This document shows positions 40,602 through 50,862 of a stretch of 64,000 nt of DNA, one piece after another (position 1 is the stretch's first letter; each line of letters begins with the position of its first letter). This stretch comes from Candidatus Babeliales bacterium (lineage in GTDB: Bacteria > Babelota > Babeliae > Babelales > JANWKD01). The position numbers and the translations under genes are program-made. The stretch spans positions 1-64,000 of the forward strand of contig CAVXJH010000003.1 in assembly GCA_963762115.1 (NCBI GenBank), in the 5' to 3' direction. Under the pieces are notes generated by a model. That model ran no database searches and was not told the origin of the DNA. It saw only the letters and a program-made list of their open reading frames with translations.

Positions 40602-41129
40602 ATGAAAAAAATAGTAAAGCAGTTATTTTTAAAAATAATTCTTATTTTTACTGCGTTTGGTATTAATCAACCAGTACGCGCACATAATAATGGTCCGAAT
40701 GGATTGGTTATTGCCGGGGGGATTGTTGTTGGTACAGGATTATTATATATAACGGGTCGTGCGAGTAGTGCATGTATTTATGCACTTGCAAAGCGACGAT
40801 ATGAACCTGAAATGGAATTGTTGCAACGCATGGTTTATAAGCCCAGTGTGTTAGAAGAAGAATTGGTGCCCTATATTCTTGATTGCCATGCGCAAGCAAA
40901 TGAATCGTTCTTTTTCAATCCTGGTATTTATAAAAATTATCCGTTACTTCACTATAAAAAAGACTTGGATGGGTATATCAACTATCTTTGGTATTTACAG
41001 CTTTTTAGACTAGGAACTGATATGCGACAAGAAATCAGTATTTTTATTGATAAGCTTAAAATGATTCGTCGTTATATTGTTACTGATTATAGTTTTGTAA
41101 AAGAACAACGTCAGTTTGACGAACGATAA
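40602..41129 (+). CDS. Secreted/membrane hypothetical protein
   Basis: 175 aa; signal peptide ending VRA-H followed by a Gly-rich hydrophobic segment. Confidence 0.75.
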   Translation: MKKIVKQLFLKIILIFTAFGINQPVRAHNNGPNGLVIAGGIVVGTGLLYITGRASSACIYALAKRRYEPEMELLQRMVYKPSVLEEELVPYILDCHAQANESFFFNPGIYKNYPLLHYKKDLDGYINYLWYLQLFRLGTDMRQEISIFIDKLKMIRRYIVTDYSFVKEQRQFDER

Positions 41130-41137
41130 TAGAAAAT

Positions 41138-41175
41138 AAAAAAAGCTGCAAAGATATATCTTTGCAGCTTTTTTT
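41138..41175. terminator. Bidirectional terminator between convergent genes
   Basis: A7-GCTGCAAAGAT..ATCTTTGCAGC-T7. Confidence 0.9.
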
Positions 41176-41193
41176 GTGATCAAAATTGTTTTT

Positions 41194-41574
41194 TTATTTA
41201 TTTACTGTTTCAACCAATTGAAATTTATTGCCATCAGCATCGGTAAATGTCGCCATTTTTACTTGACCAGGAACTTCGATAATGGGTCCGTGAAAGGTGA
41301 CGCCTTTTGAGGTTAGTGTATCTTTTGCTGTTAGAATATTCTCAACAAGCATAGTTACAACAGCGTTAGAACCAGCTTTTCCGGTACCGCATGATTCATT
41401 TTCTTCACAAATGCCTAATAGCATGCCGCCATCTTTTCCGATTACTTCAAGCCATTTATATTCTTGTGTATATTCGTGCACGATAAGGCCAAGGACTTCA
41501 GTATAAAATTGTTTTGCTTTTTCTAAATCTGAAACGATAATCCAAGAAAGATCCATTCTTTTGACGATTGACAT
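41194..41574 (-). CDS. VOC/glyoxalase family protein
   Basis: IVSDLEKAKQFYTEVLGL, ATFTDADGNKFQLVE. Confidence 0.92.
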   Translation of the reverse strand: MSIVKRMDLSWIIVSDLEKAKQFYTEVLGLIVHEYTQEYKWLEVIGKDGGMLLGICEENESCGTGKAGSNAVVTMLVENILTAKDTLTSKGVTFHGPIIEVPGQVKMATFTDADGNKFQLVETVNK

Positions 41575-41668
41575 AAAATTCCCTTTGTTATAAAAAAATT
41601 TTTATAAAATTAAAAGTATTATTATTATAAACACAGGGTCAAAAATGTCAAAATGCGCTAAAATAGGC

Positions 41669-41929
41669 TTATTTTTCCCATTTTCTTTTGATGGTGAAGT
41701 TACTGATAGGGTCATGATAATGCTTACAATTTTCACAACAACATCGATCGGCCGACCAGGCATATCGTTCACAGTTGCACATGCAAACAACATGTCGATA
41801 ATTTTGATAATTTGGTCCTTCTTTCCTTGAACGATTTTGATTGTCCATGCAGCCGCTATTGGTGAGAGTGAGCATGGTGTTGAGAGAAAAAAAGAGGGCG
41901 ATAAGCCAAATGGATACAGAGGTTTTCAT
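41669..41929 (-). CDS. Small secreted Cys-rich protein
   Basis: 86 aa; GGAGA RBS; signal peptide; VCMCNC..RCCCENCKHYH. Confidence 0.65.
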   Translation of the reverse strand: MKTSVSIWLIALFFSLNTMLTLTNSGCMDNQNRSRKEGPNYQNYRHVVCMCNCERYAWSADRCCCENCKHYHDPISNFTIKRKWEK

Positions 41930-41937
41930 AGAATCTC

Positions 41938-42129
41938 CTATTTGGTAATCGTGGTGATAAAATCAACGACAAGATCTGTGTGTTGATAGGCTTGATAAAA
42001 GTCATCGCCAAAAAAAGGTGGGGAATCTTTTGAAACGTTGCCAATGCATGTAGGACAAGATTTGAGTGGAAAAAAATAAATGGTAAACATGCTCCATGTA
42101 AAGAGTAAAAATAATAATTTGGTTTTCAT
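41938..42129 (-). CDS. Small secreted protein with CPTC motif
   Basis: 63 aa; signal peptide followed by SCPTC; translationally close to the next gene. Confidence 0.6.
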   Translation of the reverse strand: MKTKLLFLLFTWSMFTIYFFPLKSCPTCIGNVSKDSPPFFGDDFYQAYQHTDLVVDFITTITK

Positions 42130-42274
42130 GAGAAGTCCCTTCCGTCGTACACAATTAATTTCATGAGAATTTTTATTCTTGTCTGGTTATAGCATACTTG
42201 AATTAATTTTCAAATTGCAATAATTTAAATAGAGAATAAACGAAATTAATTTTTAGCCGGAGAGTGTTTGGACG

Positions 42275-43192
42275 TTAGAAACCTCGTTCAATGATTTTGG
42301 TTGGTGTATACATAAAAGTATCCATTAATTCTTTGTCTGCTAAGAATTTGGTAACATGCGGTGCATAGTGTGGATCTTGTAAAGCGCAGCCAATAATTGC
42401 TTTTATCCAACCAATAGGATTGCCGATATCATAACGAAGTCCTTGAACTTTATAGGCAAAAACCTTTTCGTTATTGTACATCATTTGGCTGATTGCATCG
42501 GTTAATTGTAGTTCGCCTTTTGCATCAGTTTCAATGGTATCAAGCGCGGCAAATACTTTATAAGAAAGGATATAGCGACCAACAAGGGCAAGGTTTGAAG
42601 GGGCATCTTTTTGATCTGGTTTTTCTAATAAATGTGATACTTGAAAAAGATTGGGAGTGATTTGTTTTTTGATCCCAATAATGCCATACGATGAAGTTTG
42701 GTCAAGCGGAACTTCTTGGACGGCGACAACACTGGCTTTTTCTTGTCGTGCAATTTTTATGAGTTGTGCCATTGCCGATTGTTTGCTGATAATAATTTCA
42801 TCGGGGAGTTGTACGCCAAAGTATTCTTTTCCTATGCAATGGCGGGCTAACCAAACGGCATGGCCAAGGCCAAGTGGTTCATTTTGTCGAATATAATTAA
42901 AGTTTGCTTCTCGGTTGATTTTTTTTATGCCATTGAGGGTTTCAAGAAGACCTCGTTCTTTAAGTAATAGTTCGAGTTCTAAATTAAAATCAAAATGATT
43001 TGCAATTGATTCTTTGTTTTTATTAACGATCATTAAATAATTATTAATGTTTGCTTCCAAAGCTTCTTCAATAATATATTGTATAGCAGGCTTATTGAGT
43101 AATGGAATCATTTCTTTAGGAACTGCTTTTGTGAAGGGGAGGAATCGTGTGCCCAAACCCGCAGCAGGAATAACTGTCTTGATGATATCCAC
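42275..43192 (-). CDS. galU: UTP--glucose-1-phosphate uridylyltransferase
   Basis: VIPAAGLGTRFLPFTKAVPKEM, RQNEPLGLGHAV, EKP, GELQLTDAI. Confidence 0.95.
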   Translation of the reverse strand: MDIIKTVIPAAGLGTRFLPFTKAVPKEMIPLLNKPAIQYIIEEALEANINNYLMIVNKNKESIANHFDFNLELELLLKERGLLETLNGIKKINREANFNYIRQNEPLGLGHAVWLARHCIGKEYFGVQLPDEIIISKQSAMAQLIKIARQEKASVVAVQEVPLDQTSSYGIIGIKKQITPNLFQVSHLLEKPDQKDAPSNLALVGRYILSYKVFAALDTIETDAKGELQLTDAISQMMYNNEKVFAYKVQGLRYDIGNPIGWIKAIIGCALQDPHYAPHVTKFLADKELMDTFMYTPTKIIERGF

Positions 43193-43224
43193 CGAAAACT
43201 CCTTTTTTCAAAAATTAATTTGTA

Positions 43225-44259
43225 TTAAAATTGCTTCAAAAATTCTAGTTTGCCTGATGAAAAAAGCCGAATATCATTGATATGATATTGTAGCATCGTT
43301 AAGCGATCGAGCCCAAAACCGAAAGCAAAACCTGAATATTTATTGGTGTCAATATTACTGCATCTTAGAACATCTGGATGTACAAGTCCAGCTCCTCCTA
43401 TTTCAATCCAACCAGTTCTTTTGCAGATTGAACAACCCTGTTTACAAAATGGGCATGAAACGTCTACTTCGATGCCTGGTTCAACAAAAGGAAAATAACT
43501 TGATCGTACACGAATTTCTAAATCTTCTTTTTCAAAAAACTTTCTAAAAAAAACTTTAATGGTGCCTAGTAAATGTGCTAATGATATGTTTTTATCAATT
43601 ACCAAAAGTTCAATTTGATTAAACATAAAATCATGAGTGGCATCTGTTGCTTCATGACGATATGCTCTTCCGGGCGCTATAACTGCTAAGGGAAGTTCGT
43701 TTTTTTCCATGGTATGAATTTGTACTGGTGAAGTGTGGGTACGCATCAATAATCCAGGGATATCAAGCCATAAAGTATCCCATTCATCACGAGCTGGATG
43801 ATCTTCAGGGATATTTAATGCTTCAAAATTATAGTATTCAGTTTCAACTTCAGGGCCATAGGCAATCGCATAACCCATTGAAATAAAAATGTCTTGAACT
43901 TTTTTATATATATATGAAAGAGGGTGTAGTGTTCCTTTGATTGCGTTGGTTTCATAGGCGGTTACATCGAAAAATTTTTGTTTGAGTATTTGTTGCTCAA
44001 CCATATATTTTTCAAGTTCTGCATTTTTGGCATCAAAAGTGTTTTGTACTTCTTGTTTTAGACTATTCATTGCAGGTCCGACGACTTTTTTTTCTTCCAA
44101 AGAAAGCTCTTTAAGGCGGGGCATTAATTGCGCAATGCTTCCTTGGCGGCCTAGAAAGGTAATTCTAAATTCCTCTAAAGCGTCGAGAGTGGTAATAGTT
44201 TTCAACGTTGAAAGGCATTGTTGTTTTAACTGATTTATTTCTTCTAATAATGGAGGCAT
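43225..44259 (-). CDS. pheS: Phenylalanine--tRNA ligase alpha subunit
   Basis: NFEALNIPEDHPAR, LMRTHTSPVQ, YFPFVEP, GFAFGFGLDRLTML. Confidence 0.97.
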   Translation of the reverse strand: MPPLLEEINQLKQQCLSTLKTITTLDALEEFRITFLGRQGSIAQLMPRLKELSLEEKKVVGPAMNSLKQEVQNTFDAKNAELEKYMVEQQILKQKFFDVTAYETNAIKGTLHPLSYIYKKVQDIFISMGYAIAYGPEVETEYYNFEALNIPEDHPARDEWDTLWLDIPGLLMRTHTSPVQIHTMEKNELPLAVIAPGRAYRHEATDATHDFMFNQIELLVIDKNISLAHLLGTIKVFFRKFFEKEDLEIRVRSSYFPFVEPGIEVDVSCPFCKQGCSICKRTGWIEIGGAGLVHPDVLRCSNIDTNKYSGFAFGFGLDRLTMLQYHINDIRLFSSGKLEFLKQF

Positions 44260-44420
44260 GAAATGTACCTATTGTTTTAAGATGGTTACTTAATGCATTT
44301 ATCCTAACAAACAGAAGAAATATTGGCAAACTGGATTCACAACTTTTAGTCGATTATTATATTGACAAAAATTGTTGGATCTGTACTCTACTTACATATA
44401 TTTCATTCGAATTATAGTAT

Positions 44421-44495
44421 GCCGAGGTAGCTCAGTGGTAGAGCATGTGCCTGAAGAGCACAGTGTCGGTGGTTCGATTCCACTCCTCGGCACCA
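44421..44495 (+). tRNA. tRNA-Phe(GAA)
   Basis: Cloverleaf GCCGAGG/CCTCGGC, anticodon arm TGTGC-CTGAAGA-GCACA, GGTTCGATTCC, encoded CCA. Confidence 0.96.
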
Positions 44496-44518
44496 GCTTT
44501 CGCCAAGGCTTCAGCTGG
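44493..44518. repeat. Short palindromic element overlapping the tRNA 3' end
   Basis: CCAGCT-TTC-GCC-AA-GGC-TTC-AGCTGG nested inverted repeat. Confidence 0.55.
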
Positions 44519-44692
44519 CAGGCCATTTTCCTTAAATTTCATCCCTATTCTCTCGTATTTTTCTCGATAAAACAAAAGCTTTAAAAACTATTGTTGTATT
44601 TGTATGTTTTTTTATTGTAAGGTATTTCTTACATCGCCCTCTAAGATATAAATGCAAAATAAAATAAAAAAAAACAAATATAAAGGAAAAAT

Positions 44693-45073
44693 ATGAAGAA
44701 AATAGTATTTTTTTTTATTATTGCAGCACCAATGATGAATAACGGTATGAAAATGAAAACGCCTCTTCGCAAGGCACATAGCGCGCCTTCTTTATTGCAA
44801 TATGGTCCATTGGTGAAACGTAAATTATCACATGAGCTTGATCCAGGGTCAGTAGCTTTGAGGATATTGTTATATGGAAGAAATTATATAAATGATCATG
44901 AATTAAATGTAGCGGCAAATCAGCTTCATTATTTGGCTGCAAAAGTGAATAATCGTCGTGATTTGCTTGAGGAAAGTAGTGCTTTTTGTTTTGTGGGTAG
45001 GATAGTGCAAGATAAAAAAAGAAAGTTGAATAAAAGAATAGCAATAGAAAAGAGTGAAAACTTGTCGACCTGA
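44693..45073 (+). CDS. Secreted basic hypothetical protein
   Basis: 126 aa; AAGGA RBS; signal peptide ending NNG-MK. Confidence 0.65.
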   Translation: MKKIVFFFIIAAPMMNNGMKMKTPLRKAHSAPSLLQYGPLVKRKLSHELDPGSVALRILLYGRNYINDHELNVAANQLHYLAAKVNNRRDLLEESSAFCFVGRIVQDKKRKLNKRIAIEKSENLST

Positions 45074-45138
45074 GATTGTAATGGTACGTTACTAAAGCAA
45101 ATGCTTGAAGCACTAAAAGATAAAAAAGGATTTTTGAA

Positions 45139-45792
45139 ATGAGGCAGCTTCCTTCCGATAAATATAATGTTGCATGGTTTAAATTAGCAGAATTCGTTGT
45201 GCGCGGCGAAAAAGAACGTGCGCTTGGTCTTTATCGATTGTTGGTGCATTCTTTTGATGATCGTGCTTTGGCATTTCAATTAGAAGGTGACCTGTTATTA
45301 TCTTTTAATGATGCGCCCGCGGCAAAGGAAAAATATTCTTGCGCGGCTGAAGCATATAAATTGGTTGGTCGCTTTATTGAAGCAGCGGCAGTTTATGAAC
45401 ATCTTCATACGTTATCACCAGATCAGGAAGAATTTTCTTATAATTTGTTAGCGCTTTATCAAGAACTTCATATTTCAATACGTTTTGCTATTACCCTTAA
45501 ACAATTATGTGAACTTTATTTAAAGAAAGATAAATTTGATCAGGTTATAGTGCTTCTTGAAAAGCATGAGCTGTTGCTTGAGATGAGTCAAAAAGCGGCT
45601 ATTTATAGTCTCATAACGCTTGATTTGGTCAAAAAACAGAAAAATTCTGAGCAAATAGATACTTTTTTATCGAAAGCAGTTGATTTTCTTATGCTTAGTG
45701 CAGATGCGCAACAGTTGCCAGCTTTTTTAATGAAGCTTGATGCTCTTGATGTTAATTATTATAAAAAAGCTTTGCAATTCATTAAAGAATAA
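45139..45792 (+). CDS. TPR-like helical protein
   Basis: AWFKLAE..ERALGLY, AFQLEGDLLL..AKEKY, GRFIEAAAVYE. Confidence 0.7.
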   Translation: MRQLPSDKYNVAWFKLAEFVVRGEKERALGLYRLLVHSFDDRALAFQLEGDLLLSFNDAPAAKEKYSCAAEAYKLVGRFIEAAAVYEHLHTLSPDQEEFSYNLLALYQELHISIRFAITLKQLCELYLKKDKFDQVIVLLEKHELLLEMSQKAAIYSLITLDLVKKQKNSEQIDTFLSKAVDFLMLSADAQQLPAFLMKLDALDVNYYKKALQFIKE

Positions 45793-45796
45793 CAGA

Positions 45797-48700
45797 TCAT
45801 AACGTAAGTTTTATGCTAATATTTGCTTCTTGCATTGCTTGAATGAAAGCGGGAGAAACGTTAATTGTTTTTTGGGTAAAAAGTTGTAGTTGCTTATTGT
45901 TATCATGAAAAATAAAATGTAATCGCGTTGTTCCTTTTTCTAACTTTTGTTGTATGTTTTGCAAGAACGCTTGATCAAGAGTAGTTGGTAAATGCAATGT
46001 TACAATTTCCGGTGTTGGCCCTTTTTCAAATAATAGTTCAACGGGTACTAAGTGATTAGCTTTTATTTTGCATTTTTGTGTTGCATTGATATCAAGAGTG
46101 CCTTTGACAATAAAAACACTATGTGAGGTAAGAAATTGTTCAACAATAGTGAATAATTTAGGGAATACAATAATTTCTGCCGATGATTCACCATCTTCTA
46201 GTTGTACAAACGCCATTTTATCACCTTTTTTTGTGACAATAACCTTGCTACTTTTAAGTAGTCCGCAGCTGGTTATTATGGGTTCATTTTCTGGTGAAGC
46301 ATTCGTTGCCTTGGTAAGTGCTTGCGCAAAAGAACATAAATTAAGCAATGATAATGTTGTTTTATAGGTATCTAAAGGATGTGCGCTGATGAAGAACCCT
46401 AATACTTCTTTTTCTTTTTCTAATTTTGTTTTGTTATCCCATTCAATGCGTGGTGAAAAGTGGTAGCCTTGCTCAGCTTCTGTATCATTGTTTTCATGAG
46501 CAAAACCAAAAAGATCCATTTGTCCTGTTTGTAATGCTTTTTTCTTTGCAAGAGCATATTCTAATATTTTGGGTAATTCTTCGAACTTTTGTGCGCGATT
46601 GCCAGGCATATCATCAAATGCGCCCGCACAAATTAAATTTTCAATGACGCGTTTATTTGAGGTGCGCAAATCAATGCGTGTGCAAAAATCAAGCAAATCA
46701 ACAAAAGGCTTTTTAGCGCGTTCTTGGATAATATTTTCAAGAGAAATCATACCAATATTTTTTATACCCTTAAGGCCAAATCGTATTGAATGTTCATTTT
46801 CAACAGCAAAATCTATTTTTGATTGATGAATGGCGGGTGGTAAAATAGTAAGATTCATATCCTTTGCTTCTTGCAAATAGAATGACATACTCTCAGTGTT
46901 GGTGGCTTCTAGAGATATTAGGCATGCCATGAATTCTGCAGGAAAATTTGCTTTTAAATATGCCGTTTGATAAGCAATTAATGCATACGCAGCCGAGTGT
47001 GATTTATTAAATCCATAACCAGCAAAATAGGCCATGAGATCAAATAATTCTCCGGCTTTTTTTGCATCGAAATTTCGTGCGATTGATTTTTCTAAGAAAA
47101 TTGCTCGTTGCTCAGCCATTACTTCAGCTTTTTTCTTACCCATTGCGCGTCGTAAAATATCTGCTTCGCCCAGACTATAACCGCCAATAGTGGAAGCAAT
47201 TTTCATCACTTGTTCTTGATAGACAATGACGCCATATGTTTCTTGTAAGACAGGAACAAGTTCAGGGAAGCTATACATAATTTTTTGCCGGCCGTGTTTT
47301 CGTTCAATGAAATCATCGACCATGCCTGAGCCTAATGGGCCTGGACGATACAAGGCGTTGACGGCAATAATATCTTCAAATTTTTCCGGTTGTAGTTTGC
47401 GTAAAACGTCTTTTAATCCTTCAGATTCTAGCTGAAAGACGCCGGACGTTTTTCCTTGGCAAAGTAGGGTAAATGTTTTTGCATCATCAAGGGGGAGTTT
47501 GTCTAAATTTATGCTGACGCCATGATTTTCTTTGATAAGTTTGAGCGCACGATCAATGAGGGTGAGGTTTTTTAAGCCGAGTAAGTCGATTTTTAAAAAG
47601 CCGAGTGTTTCAAGTTCAGTCATGGCATATTGTGTGACCAATTCTGTACTTTTTGAGGGCACATAAACAGGTAAAACTTCATCAATAGGTTCTGGTGAAA
47701 TAACAATACCAGCAGCATGTTTTGAAGCGTGCCGCGTTAACCCTTCAAGCCTGAAAGCAATATCAAAAAGCTTTGCAACCTTTGGATTATTCTCAGCAAG
47801 TTCTTTTAATTTTGGTTCTTGTTCGAGCGCTTCTTTTAAGGTGATTTTTAATTGTTCAGGTATTAATGCAGACAATGCATTAGAGTCTTCAAAGGGCATG
47901 CCTAAAACACGCGCAACATCCTTGAGTACGCCTTTTGCCATCATGGTGCCGAAGGTGATGATTTGTCCTACTTTTTCATGGCCATATTTATCGCGAACAT
48001 AATTGATAACTGCTTCGCGGCCTTCAATACAAAAATCGATATCGATATCAGGCATGCTGATGCGTTCAGGATTTAAAAAACGTTCAAAGAGAAGATTATA
48101 TTTGAGAGGGTCTATGTTGGTAATTTGCAATGCCCAAGCAACTAATGAACCTGCTGCTGAACCGCGACCGGGTCCTACAGGAATACCATTTTTTTTGGAC
48201 CATTGAATAAAATCACCAACTATTAAAAAATAACCAACAAAGCCCATTTTTATAATAAGATCAATTTCTAGATTGAGACGTTCCCAATACTCTGAAGCCT
48301 TTTCAGATTCAATAATTTCATTTGCAATAAGGGCGTTCAGTCCTTTGTTACACAGCTCAGTAAAAAAAGTTTCGGCTGTGTGTTCTTGTGGTATTTCAAA
48401 TTTTGGAAAAAAGAGATTGCCAGTAGCAAAATCGAAGTTACACATATCGGCAATAACGCCACTATTCCAGATTGCTTCGGGATGTTCGGGGAATAATGCT
48501 AACATTTGTTCAGTTGTGCGTACGTGTACACGACAATCGCCAAAGGTAAAACGATCAGGATCGGTAATTTTGTGTTGCGTTTGAATTGAGAGCATGACTT
48601 CGTGTGCTTCGCGATCTTCAGCAGTTAAATAATGACAATCGCCAGCAGCAATCAACTGAACGTTTTTGCGCTCAGCCCAACTATATAACATTGTATTAAG

Positions 48701-49249
48701 TTTAATTTGGTCGGGTTGATCTTCTGGTTGAATTTCAAAATAAAAACGATCTGGACCAAAATGTTCCAAGAACCAATCAATGCGTTTTTCTGCTTCTTCA
48801 AGTTGATTATTCATGAGTAGTGTTGGAATGTGACCACCTAAACATGCTGAAGTGACAATGAGGCCTTCGCTGTGTTGAGCTAGAATGTTATAATCAATGC
48901 GTGGCTTAAAATAAAAGCCTTTTTGAAAAGAAAATGAAATGAGTTTGCAAAGATTTTTATAACCAATTTCATTTTGTACCAACAAAATGAGGTGATAATA
49001 TTTTTTATCAACGGTTTTAATGGTAACATCTTCGGTAAAATATGCTTCCATGCCTAAAATGGGTTTTATGCCAGCTTTTTTACATTTTTGGAAAAATTTT
49101 ACTGCACCAAAAATATTACCATGATCGGTCATGGCGAGTGCTTTGAAGTTGTGCGTTTTTGCAAAATTGACCAATTTATCAATTTGTATGGCGCCATCAA
49201 GCAATGAAAATTCGGTATGTAAATGTAAATGCGTAAAGTGTTGTGACAT
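45797..49249 (-). CDS. dnaE: DNA polymerase III alpha subunit
   Basis: FTHLHLHTEFSLLDG (PHP), GPGRGSAAGSLVA, MPDIDIDF, YGFNKSHSAAY. Confidence 0.98.
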   Translation of the reverse strand: MSQHFTHLHLHTEFSLLDGAIQIDKLVNFAKTHNFKALAMTDHGNIFGAVKFFQKCKKAGIKPILGMEAYFTEDVTIKTVDKKYYHLILLVQNEIGYKNLCKLISFSFQKGFYFKPRIDYNILAQHSEGLIVTSACLGGHIPTLLMNNQLEEAEKRIDWFLEHFGPDRFYFEIQPEDQPDQIKLNTMLYSWAERKNVQLIAAGDCHYLTAEDREAHEVMLSIQTQHKITDPDRFTFGDCRVHVRTTEQMLALFPEHPEAIWNSGVIADMCNFDFATGNLFFPKFEIPQEHTAETFFTELCNKGLNALIANEIIESEKASEYWERLNLEIDLIIKMGFVGYFLIVGDFIQWSKKNGIPVGPGRGSAAGSLVAWALQITNIDPLKYNLLFERFLNPERISMPDIDIDFCIEGREAVINYVRDKYGHEKVGQIITFGTMMAKGVLKDVARVLGMPFEDSNALSALIPEQLKITLKEALEQEPKLKELAENNPKVAKLFDIAFRLEGLTRHASKHAAGIVISPEPIDEVLPVYVPSKSTELVTQYAMTELETLGFLKIDLLGLKNLTLIDRALKLIKENHGVSINLDKLPLDDAKTFTLLCQGKTSGVFQLESEGLKDVLRKLQPEKFEDIIAVNALYRPGPLGSGMVDDFIERKHGRQKIMYSFPELVPVLQETYGVIVYQEQVMKIASTIGGYSLGEADILRRAMGKKKAEVMAEQRAIFLEKSIARNFDAKKAGELFDLMAYFAGYGFNKSHSAAYALIAYQTAYLKANFPAEFMACLISLEATNTESMSFYLQEAKDMNLTILPPAIHQSKIDFAVENEHSIRFGLKGIKNIGMISLENIIQERAKKPFVDLLDFCTRIDLRTSNKRVIENLICAGAFDDMPGNRAQKFEELPKILEYALAKKKALQTGQMDLFGFAHENNDTEAEQGYHFSPRIEWDNKTKLEKEKEVLGFFISAHPLDTYKTTLSLLNLCSFAQALTKATNASPENEPIITSCGLLKSSKVIVTKKGDKMAFVQLEDGESSAEIIVFPKLFTIVEQFLTSHSVFIVKGTLDINATQKCKIKANHLVPVELLFEKGPTPEIVTLHLPTTLDQAFLQNIQQKLEKGTTRLHFIFHDNNKQLQLFTQKTINVSPAFIQAMQEANISIKLTL

Positions 49250-49452
49250 AAAATTTATAGTGCCGTGTAAAAAAATGGAATAGTGAAAGCTTTTTTAGTG
49301 TACTATAAAACAAAAAAAAGCTGAACTAGGAATCCGGAATAATATGCATGAAGCATGAGTTTTTAAACAATAAAATTAATAATGTATTGCAAAATAACGC
49401 AACATCATGGACAATCGAAAAATATATAAAACAGTTTTAAAGGAAGAAAAGC

Positions 49453-50862
49453 ATGATTGCAGATACCGTTTTTAAACAATATGATTTGCGGGGCATTATT
49501 GGTTCTGATTTTCCCTTGGAAGATGTATATGATCTGGGTAAAGCAATAGCTTCATATTTGGTGCATCATGGTCATGGTGTAAAAACGGTTGCAATTGGTG
49601 CAGATGGCAGAATTCATTCCCCTTATATAAAAGAAAAATTATGTGCTGCGTTACAAGATTCAGGATTGAATGTTCTTTTTATTGGCGTTTGTCCAACGCC
49701 GGTTCTCTATTTTTCACTTTTTACTCAACCAGTGCAAGCGGGATTAATGATCACCGCTTCGCATAATGGCAAAGAATATAACGGTATAAAAATTTGTATG
49801 CATAAAGAATCGGTGTGGGGCGATGCAATTCAAGAGATCAAAAAATTATATCACCATCACGCATCGATCAATGACAAAGAGCTGGGTTCTTATGCGGAAC
49901 ATTTCTTAATACCTGACTATATTGTGTGGTTAAAAGAACATTTCAAGCATTTAATTGGGGAGAAGATTTCTGCCGTGATTGATTGTGGTAACGGAGCAGC
50001 CGGCACTGTTTTGCCATCATTAATTAAAGCAATGCAATGGCCAAATGTATATCTGCTTTTTCCAGAAGTTGATGGAAATTATCCCAATCATGAAGCAGAT
50101 CCTACCGTGCCTGAAAATATGAAAGAAGTGAAACATATTCTATTAACCACTAAGGTGCAGCTTGGTATTGGGCTTGACGGCGATTGTGATAGAATGGCTC
50201 CGATGACAAAGCAGGGAGAATTAGTGCAAGGTGATAAATTATTAGCACTTTTTGCGCAAGAAATAGTAAAAAGTCATCCGCATATGCCGGTTGTTTTTGA
50301 TATAAAATGTTCTTCAGGGTTATCGGAATTATTAACCTTGTGGGGTGCGCAATCTATTATGTCGCCTTCGGGTCATTCAATTATTAAAAATAAAATGAAG
50401 CAGCATGATGCGCTTTTGGCAGGTGAATTAAGTTGCCATTTTTTCTTTAAAGATCGTTATTTTGGGTATGATGATGGTATATATTCCATGATGCGTTTAT
50501 TTGAGTTGTTGGTTAATTCGGGTAAATCTTTGCATGATTTATTGGCTGTCTTTCCCAAAAAATATAGTACTTCAGAAATTCGCATTACTTGTTCTGATGA
50601 AAAAAAATTGCATATTGTTGAGGCCGTTAAAAAATCTTTTGAGGAAATGAAAGATATTGAGGTGATGACGATCGATGGAATTCGTGTTATTATGCAACAT
50701 GGGTGGGGAATGTTACGTCCTTCTAATACGCAGCCGGTACTCTGTTTGCGATTCGAAGCTGATTCTCAAGAAGCTCTGCATGACATAAAAAAAGTTTTTT
50801 TAACCCAATTACAGCCTTATTTTGCTACAACCATTTTAGAAGTCATACAAATAGCACCATGA
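49453..50862 (+). CDS. Phosphomannomutase/phosphoglucomutase
   Basis: FKQYDLRG, ITASHN, DGDCDR, GELSCH, RPSNTQP. Confidence 0.95.
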   Translation: MIADTVFKQYDLRGIIGSDFPLEDVYDLGKAIASYLVHHGHGVKTVAIGADGRIHSPYIKEKLCAALQDSGLNVLFIGVCPTPVLYFSLFTQPVQAGLMITASHNGKEYNGIKICMHKESVWGDAIQEIKKLYHHHASINDKELGSYAEHFLIPDYIVWLKEHFKHLIGEKISAVIDCGNGAAGTVLPSLIKAMQWPNVYLLFPEVDGNYPNHEADPTVPENMKEVKHILLTTKVQLGIGLDGDCDRMAPMTKQGELVQGDKLLALFAQEIVKSHPHMPVVFDIKCSSGLSELLTLWGAQSIMSPSGHSIIKNKMKQHDALLAGELSCHFFFKDRYFGYDDGIYSMMRLFELLVNSGKSLHDLLAVFPKKYSTSEIRITCSDEKKLHIVEAVKKSFEEMKDIEVMTIDGIRVIMQHGWGMLRPSNTQPVLCLRFEADSQEALHDIKKVFLTQLQPYFATTILEVIQIAP

